Shown one piece after another: positions 54,537 through 63,297 of a stretch of DNA of 64,000 bases (its first letter is position 1; each line of letters starts with the position of its first letter). Below the pieces are notes generated by a model. That model worked only from the letters and a program-made list of their open reading frames with translations, ran no database searches and had not been told where the DNA came from. The stretch is from a virus (taxonomy: Duplodnaviria; Caudoviricetes): positions 10,513-74,512 of the IMG/VR virus record IMGVR_UViG_3300006092_000356; one strand, given 5' to 3'. The position numbers were made by a program, and so were the translations under genes.

Positions 54537-56765
54537 TTAAGCAGCTTCACTAACAGTATCAGGCATGGCAATTACATCGCATGTCGGCTGAGCGGTGTCA
54601 ATCAAAAACGCGTCGATCATCTTAATGTAATTAACGGACGCCAACAGTGCACTAGGGCTTGTATCAACAAACTTAACCATAGGATAGGTGTCATCAAATC
54701 TTTTTATGGTGGCGGATAAGTTGTCAATAGTAGTTTGGTCAGCATAATCACCTTCTTCACTACAAAGGACGAGCAAATCCTGCCACAATTTATTTATCGA
54801 ACGATTATTAACAACACTTGCGTAAACACTTGAATACGTATCCATGACTTCGCGCGCAACGGTGCCTTTTTTAAAGTGTGTACTCTTGTCATCACACATT
54901 TTGTCAAGAAAATAACGCAAAGTTTGATCTGTATTATTATACACGTGTTTCGCGGCACGTAGTACCTTAACGCTGTGAGGCATTGTTTTAACCACATCAT
55001 TAACGTACTGCCGGAAGTCAACCCAACCGGTACCACGCTTAGACAAGTGCTCCAACGTCTTAGGAATACCGATAAGACGCTCTTGAGCGATACCGGTGAT
55101 GGTTTTAACAGCCTCAAAGGCTTGGGAATAGACCCCAGTATAGTGTGTATATCCACCAAAAGACGCCGACGTTACAATATGCCCGCGAGAAAGCGGAACA
55201 TAAATAGTCGGTATTGACGTGTCGACAGTTGTGTTGTCCCACGTAACTCCCCGAAGCTCCTTAGCTTGAATTTTCGTACGGACGTAGCCAGTGGCCTGAC
55301 TGCGTGTGTAAGGCATAGACGCCAGTTCAATAACGTCCTCAGGGCGCGTATTAGTTAGAACAAGCAGACGCTTTAGCGCAATGCAATCCTTTTTACACCT
55401 GATCCAAATAGCGTTTTCAAACTTACCCTCACGAAGGGCCGTATCGAAGCGCTTATCTGCCGTCTTGATAGTTGCGTTCGGGTCCTCCCAAACAATCGAA
55501 ACATTCATATCGGCGGAATACTTAACATTATACGCCGGATAAAAAGAAAACGAATGTCCACGGCGACGTGGAAAATAATTCCTTCCCCAAACTTGCTGCC
55601 TACCAACAAACATAATGTTTGCCCCACCGTGTTCGTATAGCTTTTGTCTATACCTGTTTGAAACAGTAGACAGGTCAATGTTCATGGCAACATCACGACC
55701 ACGATACGTCAACTTATCACGCAAGATACGGAAGATAGGGGAGCCTTCAAACTGCTTACGAGCCCGTGCTGCAACAACGCAAGCAGCGAAATAACTAGGG
55801 GCAGCGTCAACCGCAGCCTGCTGTTCAGCTACGACTTCCACACTGATGCGCGCAGTGATATCCTTTAGAGCGCGTACCGTGGCGGAGTCGTAGCTTAGCC
55901 CCTCACGCGCGGGATTGATGTCAACCGCGCCGATAGGAAACCGGATGATAAAACCGCCTGAAAGAATAGCCTCCTCAACAGGAGACATGTTAGGGACCAG
56001 GGACGCATCAATGGGGTACAGTACGCAACCCTGCCAAGCGTATGAAGTGGTACCATCGAACTCCTTGATGTCATTACTCAAATCACTCTTGTCACTGATG
56101 TAGTACCAATCTTTACCGGACGCCGACGCAACATCAGCAACGTTGACCAGCGTAATAGAAGAGTCGCCAATGTTAGGCTTCGTATCGAAACCAATTGCGA
56201 CGCGCTCAATAGCCGCCTGGAACGTATAAACGTCAGAAGCGTGCACAGGGACACGAACTTCAACGCCGCGCGGCTCCTCGCTGGGGCCTTCCATCATCAG
56301 CTTGAAGTTGGGAAACTGATCCTCGTCAATATAGGCAGAATAAGAGCGCATGGTCGTGCCGTCATAGCACGTTACCGTGAACGAGTCCGTGTATGCCCAC
56401 GGAGACTTTGAACCGAGGCCCCACTTGCCGACAGCGTTGTTGTCCTGATCCTTGGTGGACTCGAAAACCGTGCGATACAGCGTCTCGACGAACTTCGCGT
56501 CCATACCAGGACCGAAGTCACGAACTGAAAACCAAGGCTCAAATGTGGTAGGAACATGTGTATGAAATGGGAGATCAGGCTTACCGATAGCGGTATGCGC
56601 ATCATAAGCGTTGGACCACAACTCACGCACAACAGCGCGTGGCTTGTCAGAGTAGAGCTTGTCAATAAGCGCCTTGAATGCCTTCGCGTTCGAGGCAATT
56701 CGAAGCTTAATCGTGTCACCGCCACCAATGGTGGTGACTTCACGCTTATCCAACTGCATACGCAT
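54537..56765 (-). CDS. rIIA: rIIA-like protein (HATPase_c)
   Basis: LYSDKPRAVVRELWSNAYDA, VRDFG.G, STK......VG.WGLG.KSP.AYTDSF. Confidence 0.9.
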   Translation of the reverse strand: MRMQLDKREVTTIGGGDTIKLRIASNAKAFKALIDKLYSDKPRAVVRELWSNAYDAHTAIGKPDLPFHTHVPTTFEPWFSVRDFGPGMDAKFVETLYRTVFESTKDQDNNAVGKWGLGSKSPWAYTDSFTVTCYDGTTMRSYSAYIDEDQFPNFKLMMEGPSEEPRGVEVRVPVHASDVYTFQAAIERVAIGFDTKPNIGDSSITLVNVADVASASGKDWYYISDKSDLSNDIKEFDGTTSYAWQGCVLYPIDASLVPNMSPVEEAILSGGFIIRFPIGAVDINPAREGLSYDSATVRALKDITARISVEVVAEQQAAVDAAPSYFAACVVAARARKQFEGSPIFRILRDKLTYRGRDVAMNIDLSTVSNRYRQKLYEHGGANIMFVGRQQVWGRNYFPRRRGHSFSFYPAYNVKYSADMNVSIVWEDPNATIKTADKRFDTALREGKFENAIWIRCKKDCIALKRLLVLTNTRPEDVIELASMPYTRSQATGYVRTKIQAKELRGVTWDNTTVDTSIPTIYVPLSRGHIVTSASFGGYTHYTGVYSQAFEAVKTITGIAQERLIGIPKTLEHLSKRGTGWVDFRQYVNDVVKTMPHSVKVLRAAKHVYNNTDQTLRYFLDKMCDDKSTHFKKGTVAREVMDTYSSVYASVVNNRSINKLWQDLLVLCSEEGDYADQTTIDNLSATIKRFDDTYPMVKFVDTSPSALLASVNYIKMIDAFLIDTAQPTCDVIAMPDTVSEAA

Positions 56766-56776
56766 TTCAGTCTCCC

Positions 56777-56992
56777 TTAGGGTGTGAAGAAGTTGGCAGG
56801 GGCGGCTGTCCACCATATCAGTTTACAGCGCGCATACTCAGGATAGACACACATCGGCGTCTTTCGTGGAAACACCTTAGCAAACTCGCTATGAGGAAGC
56901 CACCATTCTCTGTGATGTTGGTTATTGAGCGTAACCCAACATTTACGTTCTGGTAATCTTTTCACGTATATTGAATAGCGTGGTGCGTACAT
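56777..56992 (-). CDS. hypothetical protein
   Basis: ORF track. Confidence 0.5.
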   Translation of the reverse strand: MYAPRYSIYVKRLPERKCWVTLNNQHHREWWLPHSEFAKVFPRKTPMCVYPEYARCKLIWWTAAPANFFTP

Positions 56993-57009
56993 TACAATCT
57001 CGCAAAAAG

Positions 57010-57084
57010 TGGAGGATCAGGTAGGGATCGAACCTACGGCCGTCGGGTTAAAAGCCCACCGCTCTACCGCTGAGCTACTGATCC
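57010..57084 (-). tRNA. trnK: tRNA-Lys(TTT)
   Basis: GGATCAG/CTGATCC acceptor, loop CTTTTAA, GGTTCGATCC, CCA; G-A at 27:43; U73. Confidence 0.9.
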
Positions 57085-57260
57085 GTTTTAGTGTATACTT
57101 TGTTTACGGCAGCTTTCTTGTGTATAAGAATTACCTTACGCCTACTGACGCCTGACGCCTTGATGGCTCCAGTTTCGCTAACACCAGACGCAGTGCAGTA
57201 ACGCACATTATCTGCTCTATCGAAGTAGGCGATTAGGTAGTCCTCACTATTTTTCTTCAT
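57075..57260 (-). CDS. hypothetical protein
   Basis: ORF track; stop overlaps tRNA 5' end. Confidence 0.5.
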   Translation of the reverse strand: MKKNSEDYLIAYFDRADNVRYCTASGVSETGAIKASGVSRRKVILIHKKAAVNKVYTKTDQ

Positions 57261-57471
57261 CTGCTTCCGCCAACAACGTTACAGCTTCAACACGGGTCAA
57301 GTCAATTGTTGAAATTAGTGCCACAGGCTCCCGCCCTAAAGTTACACCGTCCTTGTAAGTAATCTCAAACTCTGTAATTGGCCCAGGAGAAGACTTGGTC
57401 GTAATAGTGTAATCCTTAACACCCCTTATTGAGACTACATTACCGGAGTGCATATGAAAGTTTAAAATCAT
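57247..57471 (-). CDS. hypothetical protein
   Basis: GAGG RBS. Confidence 0.6.
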   Translation of the reverse strand: MILNFHMHSGNVVSIRGVKDYTITTKSSPGPITEFEITYKDGVTLGREPVALISTIDLTRVEAVTLLAEADEEK

Positions 57472-57872
57472 GCTAAAACCTCTTTAGTAAGCAGAGTAAT
57501 ACTTTTATCTGCCGGGTTAACTTCTACATCCACGACTGCAATTGTACCCATAGGATCAGCAAATACTGCCCGCATGTCAACGATGTTATCAATGCCGTCA
57601 GGGGTTACACGCATAACTTCTATTTCCTGGTCAACAACCTCCCAAAGGTCGTGGACATTAAGGCCTACATCTTGTACATGAGTAATGTTTAGATACACAT
57701 AGTTGCTGTTACAAAAAATACCTGACGGGACAGCTTTATTCTTACCGACGAACACGCGCCAGTCGCCATTCGTAGTCATAAGAATGAAACTAAGTTCGTC
57801 AATAGTCATAGGGCGTGTTCCAAAAGGCTTGTCCATCGCATAACTCCTGCTTTTACGCCCCATCCAAACCAT
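57468..57872 (-). CDS. hypothetical protein
   Basis: ORF track. Confidence 0.55.
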   Translation of the reverse strand: MVWMGRKSRSYAMDKPFGTRPMTIDELSFILMTTNGDWRVFVGKNKAVPSGIFCNSNYVYLNITHVQDVGLNVHDLWEVVDQEIEVMRVTPDGIDNIVDMRAVFADPMGTIAVVDVEVNPADKSITLLTKEVLA

Positions 57873-57879
57873 GAAACTT

Positions 57880-57970
57880 GGTGTGCGGGCAAGGTCTAGA
57901 CCAAATTAAGGTTAAAAACAGGGTTACTTGACGCAGGGTACGCGGGCATGGTAGGGTCTGCGGGCATAGT
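57880..57970 (+). promoter_or_regulatory. three copies of motif GGTNNGCGGGCANGGT in a divergent intergenic region
   Basis: 57880-57895 exact, 57937-57952 exact, 57955-57970 one mismatch; TTGACG at 57928. Confidence 0.75.
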
Positions 57971-58027
57971 GATTAAAGAAATCACCCAAACCTCTAACCA
58001 GGAGGTGTGTTATGAAGTGAGCGAACC

Positions 58028-58582
58028 ATGTTTCCAACCACTGTGAAGAAGAATTTTGAGAAACTGGCGGTAGCCTACGCCGCAGCTAAGATTGAGTTTC
58101 CGCATTTGCGCGGTATCACCCTGGCTCAGTGGGCGCTGGAAAGCGGCTGGGGTGGTACCGGCCTTGCATCACGGCATAATAACTACGCCGGAGCAAAGTG
58201 GCGTAAGTACATGGCGCCGTACGGTTATAAGGTGCAATACGATGCGCACGACGGTAGGGAGTGGTACGTACACTTCACCGACGAAGCGGCATTCATTGCT
58301 GGCTACTGGAAGCGCCTAGACCTGGAGCCTGCTTACGCTGGTTGGCGTGATCATACGGCTACACCGGAAGAGTTCATTAAGTTTGTTGGTCCTATTTGGG
58401 TAGGCACCGACGACGCAGATAAACAGCGTTATGTCCGTGACGTGCTGCGTATCTGCAACGCTTGGAAGCTCGCGGACCACTTCAAAACGACGGAGATCGT
58501 TAATGAGGACAAAGATGTTAATCACTTGGAGCTTAGTGGCAGTCCTAGCACTTTGGACAGTCGTTATCACAGGCCTTCCTGA
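58028..58582 (+). CDS. peptidoglycan hydrolase, glucosaminidase/FlgJ-like (GH73)
   Basis: TLAQWALESGWG, NNYAG.K, F.....F..GY. Confidence 0.8.
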   Translation: MFPTTVKKNFEKLAVAYAAAKIEFPHLRGITLAQWALESGWGGTGLASRHNNYAGAKWRKYMAPYGYKVQYDAHDGREWYVHFTDEAAFIAGYWKRLDLEPAYAGWRDHTATPEEFIKFVGPIWVGTDDADKQRYVRDVLRICNAWKLADHFKTTEIVNEDKDVNHLELSGSPSTLDSRYHRPS

Positions 58583-59066
58583 GAACCGAACTCAGGTTAC
58601 AACGGCATCACGGCCTACGGTCTCTGAGAAAGTTGTACCGGCTCCGGTGCAGAAAAAAGCTTCACGCGAAGATATTGAACACGTACTCCGTGTCCTCAAT
58701 CTGGTAAGTGCTGTAGGAGCACTAGGTGCTTGTCAAATCGCAGAGGTAGAGCCTAACGACATTGATATTCCCACAATTATTGGCACACTAGCTCCGATGA
58801 CTACAAAGTGGCGTGAACGCGAGGATAACAGCGCTAACACGGCTGATTACGCGCCACAGCTATTCAATCATTCACTGCTAGGAAATCTTGTAACACATGT
58901 TCTTAAAGACGATGGGGTTACTGTTAGCCGTAAGTTTACCGACGTTACAGGGCCTGATGAATGTAGACAGGCTAGAGCAATTGTCCTACAAGAGTTGGGA
59001 CCTAGTGGAGTTATCCGTGGCGTTACGGCACCGGGAAAGTCAGTACAACTAGACCACAAGCAATGA
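58503..59066 (+). CDS. secreted/membrane-anchored hypothetical protein
   Basis: MRTKMLITWSLVAVLALWTVVITG signal/TM. Confidence 0.55.
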   Translation: MRTKMLITWSLVAVLALWTVVITGLPENRTQVTTASRPTVSEKVVPAPVQKKASREDIEHVLRVLNLVSAVGALGACQIAEVEPNDIDIPTIIGTLAPMTTKWREREDNSANTADYAPQLFNHSLLGNLVTHVLKDDGVTVSRKFTDVTGPDECRQARAIVLQELGPSGVIRGVTAPGKSVQLDHKQ

Positions 59067-59079
59067 TGCGGGAGCGCAT

Positions 59080-59502
59080 ATGTTTCTTCCACGAATGCAG
59101 AAACTGGAAGCACAATTCATCAACTATACGGGGGCGTTCCCTGACGAACAGACCCCTATATGTGACAGATTCGGTATGGTCTACAAGGCCATACCGGAAC
59201 TGACATCTGTGTCTATTTCTTCTGATCTCACGCCTTTGTGGCAGGAAGCGTTAGACAAATGGGAAGGTCAGCGCCTTCTTTGTGCTGCTGACTTGTGTCG
59301 TCTACGCTATCATCTATACGACCAAATCTACCGAAACAACATGTGTTTTATGCACACGCTGGTTTACGAACAGGCCGCGTGCGAACTGTGGTTAAACAAG
59401 TTAATGGCTAAAATAGTAGCTATGAAGCAGGCACGCCGTCAGGGCGGGCGCATTAGAAAAGCGTATGTTCCTGTGATACACGCTCCGCATTGGCTGAATT
59501 GA
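59080..59502 (+). CDS. hypothetical protein
   Basis: GGGAG RBS. Confidence 0.6.
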   Translation: MFLPRMQKLEAQFINYTGAFPDEQTPICDRFGMVYKAIPELTSVSISSDLTPLWQEALDKWEGQRLLCAADLCRLRYHLYDQIYRNNMCFMHTLVYEQAACELWLNKLMAKIVAMKQARRQGGRIRKAYVPVIHAPHWLN

Positions 59503-59701
59503 CATCACGTGCGATAAGATCAAACACGTATTCAATTGCCGACGCCCCGAAGTGACCGAACACACCTGCCATTACGAAAGCCCACTGGCCTACCTGCTCA
59601 TTATAGCCGGCAGACCACATACCCATACTAGCAGCAACAAGGCCACGCAGAAGTAAAAGACTGAGCACAAAATAAAAACTTTTCAAAATACACTTATGCA
59701 T
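59453..59701 (-). CDS. small membrane protein
   Basis: two hydrophobic segments; downstream of holin. Confidence 0.5.
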   Translation of the reverse strand: MHKCILKSFYFVLSLLLLRGLVAASMGMWSAGYNEQVGQWAFVMAGVFGHFGASAIEYVFDLIARDVNSANAERVSQEHTLF

Positions 59702-60053
59702 TAGGCATCTCCGGCTTTTTATCTTCCGGCTTCGGAGGAATGGTACCGCCCATTACTTTGTCACGAAGAACTGAGGCTAACCAGTCGAGACCCTGTGTTC
59801 CTAAATACCCGCCGACACCAGCAGCGACCATGGCCCAATTCACAGAGAATTGAAGCATTGCTTGAGCTACCATGTAACCGGAAAAACCGCTAACGAGCGC
59901 GTGTGCAACTAAAAGACCAAGGCGCGGGCGATCACCCGTGCGAATGTACGAATCCAAATAGCGCGCAATACCGCCAAGCATGGCAACAAGCACCCAAATA
60001 AGCTCACTACCTACTTTTAACAAAGACACGCTAGTGTCGGGAGTAACAGACAT
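59694..60053 (-). CDS. holin (LydA-like)
   Basis: AMLGG.ARYL, VSGFSG.M, AAG.GG.LG...LDW; three TM segments. Confidence 0.7.
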   Translation of the reverse strand: MSVTPDTSVSLLKVGSELIWVLVAMLGGIARYLDSYIRTGDRPRLGLLVAHALVSGFSGYMVAQAMLQFSVNWAMVAAGVGGYLGTQGLDWLASVLRDKVMGGTIPPKPEDKKPEMPNA

Positions 60054-60108
60054 CGTGCCTCCAAAAGGTCACAACCTTAGCGCTATGGTTAATACAAGTC
60101 AAGACAAG

Positions 60109-60123
60109 TTAGTAAAAAATTAA
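60109..60123 (+). promoter_or_regulatory. near-consensus CtrA-like box TTAG-N7-TTAA between holin and recombinase
   Basis: TTAG-taaaaaa-TTAA; TTAACCAT half-site on minus strand nearby. Confidence 0.35.
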
Positions 60124-60199
60124 CTAGCATAAACGGAACTATTTTGCAACCTACAAAAATGACTATATGTTGTGCGCAGAATAACTAGACAGGTGAGCC

Positions 60200-60817
60200 A
60201 TGCGCAGAGCTAAAACCCTTACGGATCAGCAACTTAACACGCTTCTTACACATATTGCTGCTACCAGCAAGGAGCCGCTGCGCGACTACGTCATGGTTCT
60301 TTTGTCGTTTAAGGGCGGGTTGCGCGCCGCTGAAATCGCCGGTCTGTCATGGCGAGACGTGTGTGACGCCGAAGGAAAGATCGGCGATATCATCAACTAT
60401 GATGACAACGGTGCCCCGGTTTATGGCTTTTCTGTGCCTCCCCACATCGCCAAGAAAGGGCATGGGCGTGCGGTCCCTCTCAACAACGGGTTACGGGCAG
60501 CACTTGAAGCTTACCGTAAGACGGTGCCCGCGCCGTTCGCCAGAGGGGCCAATCCAGTCATACACACGCTGTATGGTCGCATGAGGCCCAATACGCTCCA
60601 GAAGTACCTTGGGCGTATGTATCGAAGTGCCGGGTTTGACGGCGTGTCATCGCACTCAGGGCGACGCACGTTTACCACGCGCGCAATCCGCGTAGCGAAT
60701 ACAGTTGACTGCTCCATCAAGGATGTGCAAAAGATAGTGGGGCATCGATTCCTGTCAACGACAGAAGCCTACATCGATCTTAGCCCGAACACAGGAGCGC
60801 TTGTAAATGCAATATGA
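60200..60817 (+). CDS. tyrosine recombinase, catalytic domain only
   Basis: GLRAAEIAGL (R), KKG (K), SHSGRRTF (HxxR), GH, Y intact; 205 aa. Confidence 0.9.
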   Translation: MRRAKTLTDQQLNTLLTHIAATSKEPLRDYVMVLLSFKGGLRAAEIAGLSWRDVCDAEGKIGDIINYDDNGAPVYGFSVPPHIAKKGHGRAVPLNNGLRAALEAYRKTVPAPFARGANPVIHTLYGRMRPNTLQKYLGRMYRSAGFDGVSSHSGRRTFTTRAIRVANTVDCSIKDVQKIVGHRFLSTTEAYIDLSPNTGALVNAI

Positions 60818-61076
60818 TGACATTGAGTGGTCAGTAGCGGCTGAGGACGTTTTTTATGCTCCCTCCACCGAGAGACTGTACAAAGTGGTTTCTGTTGGTA
60901 CACAGATTGATGGCAACTTGGTGGTAACGTACACTAGGCTTGCCGGTAACGGTGTTTGTTTTGCTACGCGCATGGACGCCTTCAAGGATGGGCGGTATGT
61001 TCCGATAGGACATTTATGGCTTGAGGACGCGTTTTCTAGGGACTACAGGGGGCGCACAGGTGGGCAAAGCAATTAA
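60807..61076 (+). CDS. DUF1653-like small beta-barrel protein, copy 1
   Basis: LYKVV.VG......VVTY.......FATR...F.DGRY. Confidence 0.55.
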   Translation: MQYDDIEWSVAAEDVFYAPSTERLYKVVSVGTQIDGNLVVTYTRLAGNGVCFATRMDAFKDGRYVPIGHLWLEDAFSRDYRGRTGGQSN

Positions 61077-61326
61077 CCCTTACTCCGTAGTCCCTGGACA
61101 ACTGTACTTTCATAAGAAGTCAGGACGCGTGTACAACGTGTTGCATGTGTCAAGCGTGTGTACTAACGATAGTAAACACTCTTATGATGTGGTGTACCGT
61201 CGTTTAGGTAATCAGATCATGACGCATACACGCGCTCTCAGTGAGTTCTGCGACGGACGCTTTACGCTTATTCACCCTGATTATATCGAGCGACTAGTGA
61301 AAGAAGATATGGAGAAAGCACAATGA
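61060..61326 (+). CDS. DUF1653-like small beta-barrel protein, copy 2 (GTG start)
   Basis: YFHKKSGRVYNVL....VVYR......TR.LSEF.DGRF. Confidence 0.6.
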   Translation: MGKAINPYSVVPGQLYFHKKSGRVYNVLHVSSVCTNDSKHSYDVVYRRLGNQIMTHTRALSEFCDGRFTLIHPDYIERLVKEDMEKAQ

Positions 61327-61550
61327 CAACGTTCATTTGTTTTGACGCTGATGTTACACACCGTGACGCGCCATCCGCAATTAACATCGATAACATCAGG
61401 GTGATTTCCCAGCCGCCCGATAACAATGAGGAATGTGATATATTTCTTAATGAGAGGGCATTACCTGTGCGGCTGCGTTTGTCCTATAACTTTGTACTGC
61501 TAGCACTACGTGGCATATCAGTTTACGGTGTTTCACTGATTAAGGTTTGA
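61323..61550 (+). CDS. hypothetical protein
   Basis: GGAG RBS; ATGA overlap. Confidence 0.55.
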   Translation: MTTFICFDADVTHRDAPSAINIDNIRVISQPPDNNEECDIFLNERALPVRLRLSYNFVLLALRGISVYGVSLIKV

Positions 61551-61792
61551 TCATGACACACATGACGCCACCTGACAAACGTGCCGAACGTAGTATGCGC
61601 TTGTATGACGTTCTACCGAAAGACGTACGAGATGTGTTAAAGGATTATCCCATCACCGAGCGTAACATGCTTTGGTTGTACGAAAACGTTAATGTCGTAC
61701 CACCAAATACGCTGGTTAACAAAGCGAAAACAATGGCAAAAGAAGTAATGTTAGCAAGACGGGTATACTTTCCTTCATCAGGTGTCTACTAA
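61547..61792 (+). CDS. hypothetical protein
   Basis: ORF track. Confidence 0.5.
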   Translation: MIMTHMTPPDKRAERSMRLYDVLPKDVRDVLKDYPITERNMLWLYENVNVVPPNTLVNKAKTMAKEVMLARRVYFPSSGVY

Positions 61793-61812
61793 ATAATAAG
61801 AAAGAATAACGC

Positions 61813-62079
61813 ATGGCGTACACCAAGTTTCCAAAACACTTAGAACGCGCAGTAGACGCTGTAAGTCGTGATGAAGAAGATGAATCACGCCACGACGACA
61901 GTGAAAGTGAGTTCTACGAGCTACGCACTTGTGGTAATCCAGATTGTGAAAAACCGCTCCCGCTAGATCGGCCTGGACACTATGTGAGTATTAGAGGTGA
62001 GCGCACTCTGGTGTGTCCTAGCTGTTATGAGTTTATGGAAATTTTTGGTGGGGCCGGACCTGACGATGAAAACTATTAA
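61813..62079 (+). CDS. small Zn-ribbon protein
   Basis: CGNPDC and CPSC. Confidence 0.6.
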   Translation: MAYTKFPKHLERAVDAVSRDEEDESRHDDSESEFYELRTCGNPDCEKPLPLDRPGHYVSIRGERTLVCPSCYEFMEIFGGAGPDDENY

Positions 62080-62554
62080 ACCAATTACACTTAGCGCGGA
62101 AGAGTGTGCCAAACTTCATGGGAAGTTCTTCCATCTTAAATTTATAGTACCACATTGTGTACTAACTCCTGACGGCTGGATAAAACCACAGCACGCCGGT
62201 TGTTGGGAATATGAAGGCAAATGGCAAGACGGTAAAGGCCACAAAAAAATCAAGTACAAAGGACGTACATACTACGTACATCGTTTGTCGTACATGTTTT
62301 ATAACAATTGTGACGTGCCAAGCGGGCATGTAATTGACCACACATGTCGCAATCCTGGGTGTTTTAACCCGATGCACCTGGAAGCTGTCCCTGTAAAAAC
62401 TAACACTGAACGTGGGAACGGAAAATGGATTTTTGACCAGGGCTATACACCGGAGAACAAAAACAATGACAACAATCCTGATAACGAAGGACATGATTCT
62501 ATGGGACAACCAGATTACACACGGAAACCACCCGTTCAAGATGGCGGACCCTAA
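62066..62554 (+). mobile_element. HNH endonuclease
   Basis: GCW.Y.G, VHRLSY, DHTCRNPGC.NP.HLE. Confidence 0.8.
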
Positions 62555-62972
62555 GGTATTTACCGTTGATGATTCTATTTATGCTTGTTCTGGTGAATTC
62601 CCTTTCGCACGTGACGCAGCACAGTGGGTGCGTTTAGGATGTAATCCAAAGAGCGTGCCCAAAGGAGACTGGGAAATCCTTGTATGGAAAAAAGGAAAAA
62701 AGCCTAGAGTTTATGACAGTGCTGCTAACTACACAGGTATTAATATAACACTACCAGCATGTCTAGGTTCCGGTGGACGAAGTGCGTTGGCTGCGCTATA
62801 TGCGGGAGTGACACCAGAAGAAGCAATGCAGGTAGCCTACAAACTTGACATCTACAGTTCAGGGCCGACAAGTAAACTTGACGTGAAGGAATTTTTTAAT
62901 AATGTCAAACGAGAGCGCAAATCCCGAAGTGATGCCACAAAGCGTAGAGGAACAGCGCCCAAGCGATCCTGA
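62466..62972 (+). CDS. HslV/proteasome-like Ntn peptidase
   Basis: MTTI N-terminal Thr, KVF, A.SG, LGSGG..ALAAL.AG..P.EA...A..LD..S.G. Confidence 0.7.
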   Translation: MTTILITKDMILWDNQITHGNHPFKMADPKVFTVDDSIYACSGEFPFARDAAQWVRLGCNPKSVPKGDWEILVWKKGKKPRVYDSAANYTGINITLPACLGSGGRSALAALYAGVTPEEAMQVAYKLDIYSSGPTSKLDVKEFFNNVKRERKSRSDATKRRGTAPKRS

Positions 62973-63297
62973 CTTTCGTTTGTTGTTCACAAACTATATA
63001 CAACAAGCCAATAAAACTCCACACAAACGTGAGTATGAGATTGGGGACGAATGCTGGTTCCACGCAGATGACTTCACCGATGACGGGAAACCTAAACTCA
63101 CACACGGGGTGATTGTCTGTTGGCTAAAGCTTGACAACACTCCTGACATTCAGTACGTCATACGACCTTCTGACAACAAGTACACGCACATGGAGATACG
63201 CGACTGGCGGCTCATGACAGCCGACAGCACGGTGTACCCTGCCATATGGCCCCCGACTCTTCTGCGTAAGCCTCCGCCTAACACAGGAATTCAGTAA
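62902..63297 (+). CDS. hypothetical protein
   Basis: ORF track. Confidence 0.55.
   Translation: MSNESANPEVMPQSVEEQRPSDPDFRLLFTNYIQQANKTPHKREYEIGDECWFHADDFTDDGKPKLTHGVIVCWLKLDNTPDIQYVIRPSDNKYTHMEIRDWRLMTADSTVYPAIWPPTLLRKPPPNTGIQ

Noticed and set aside
60200-60817. Interpreting the window as an integrated prophage
   Set aside because: No host genes, att repeats or repressor/antirepressor recognised; the content is entirely phage-like.
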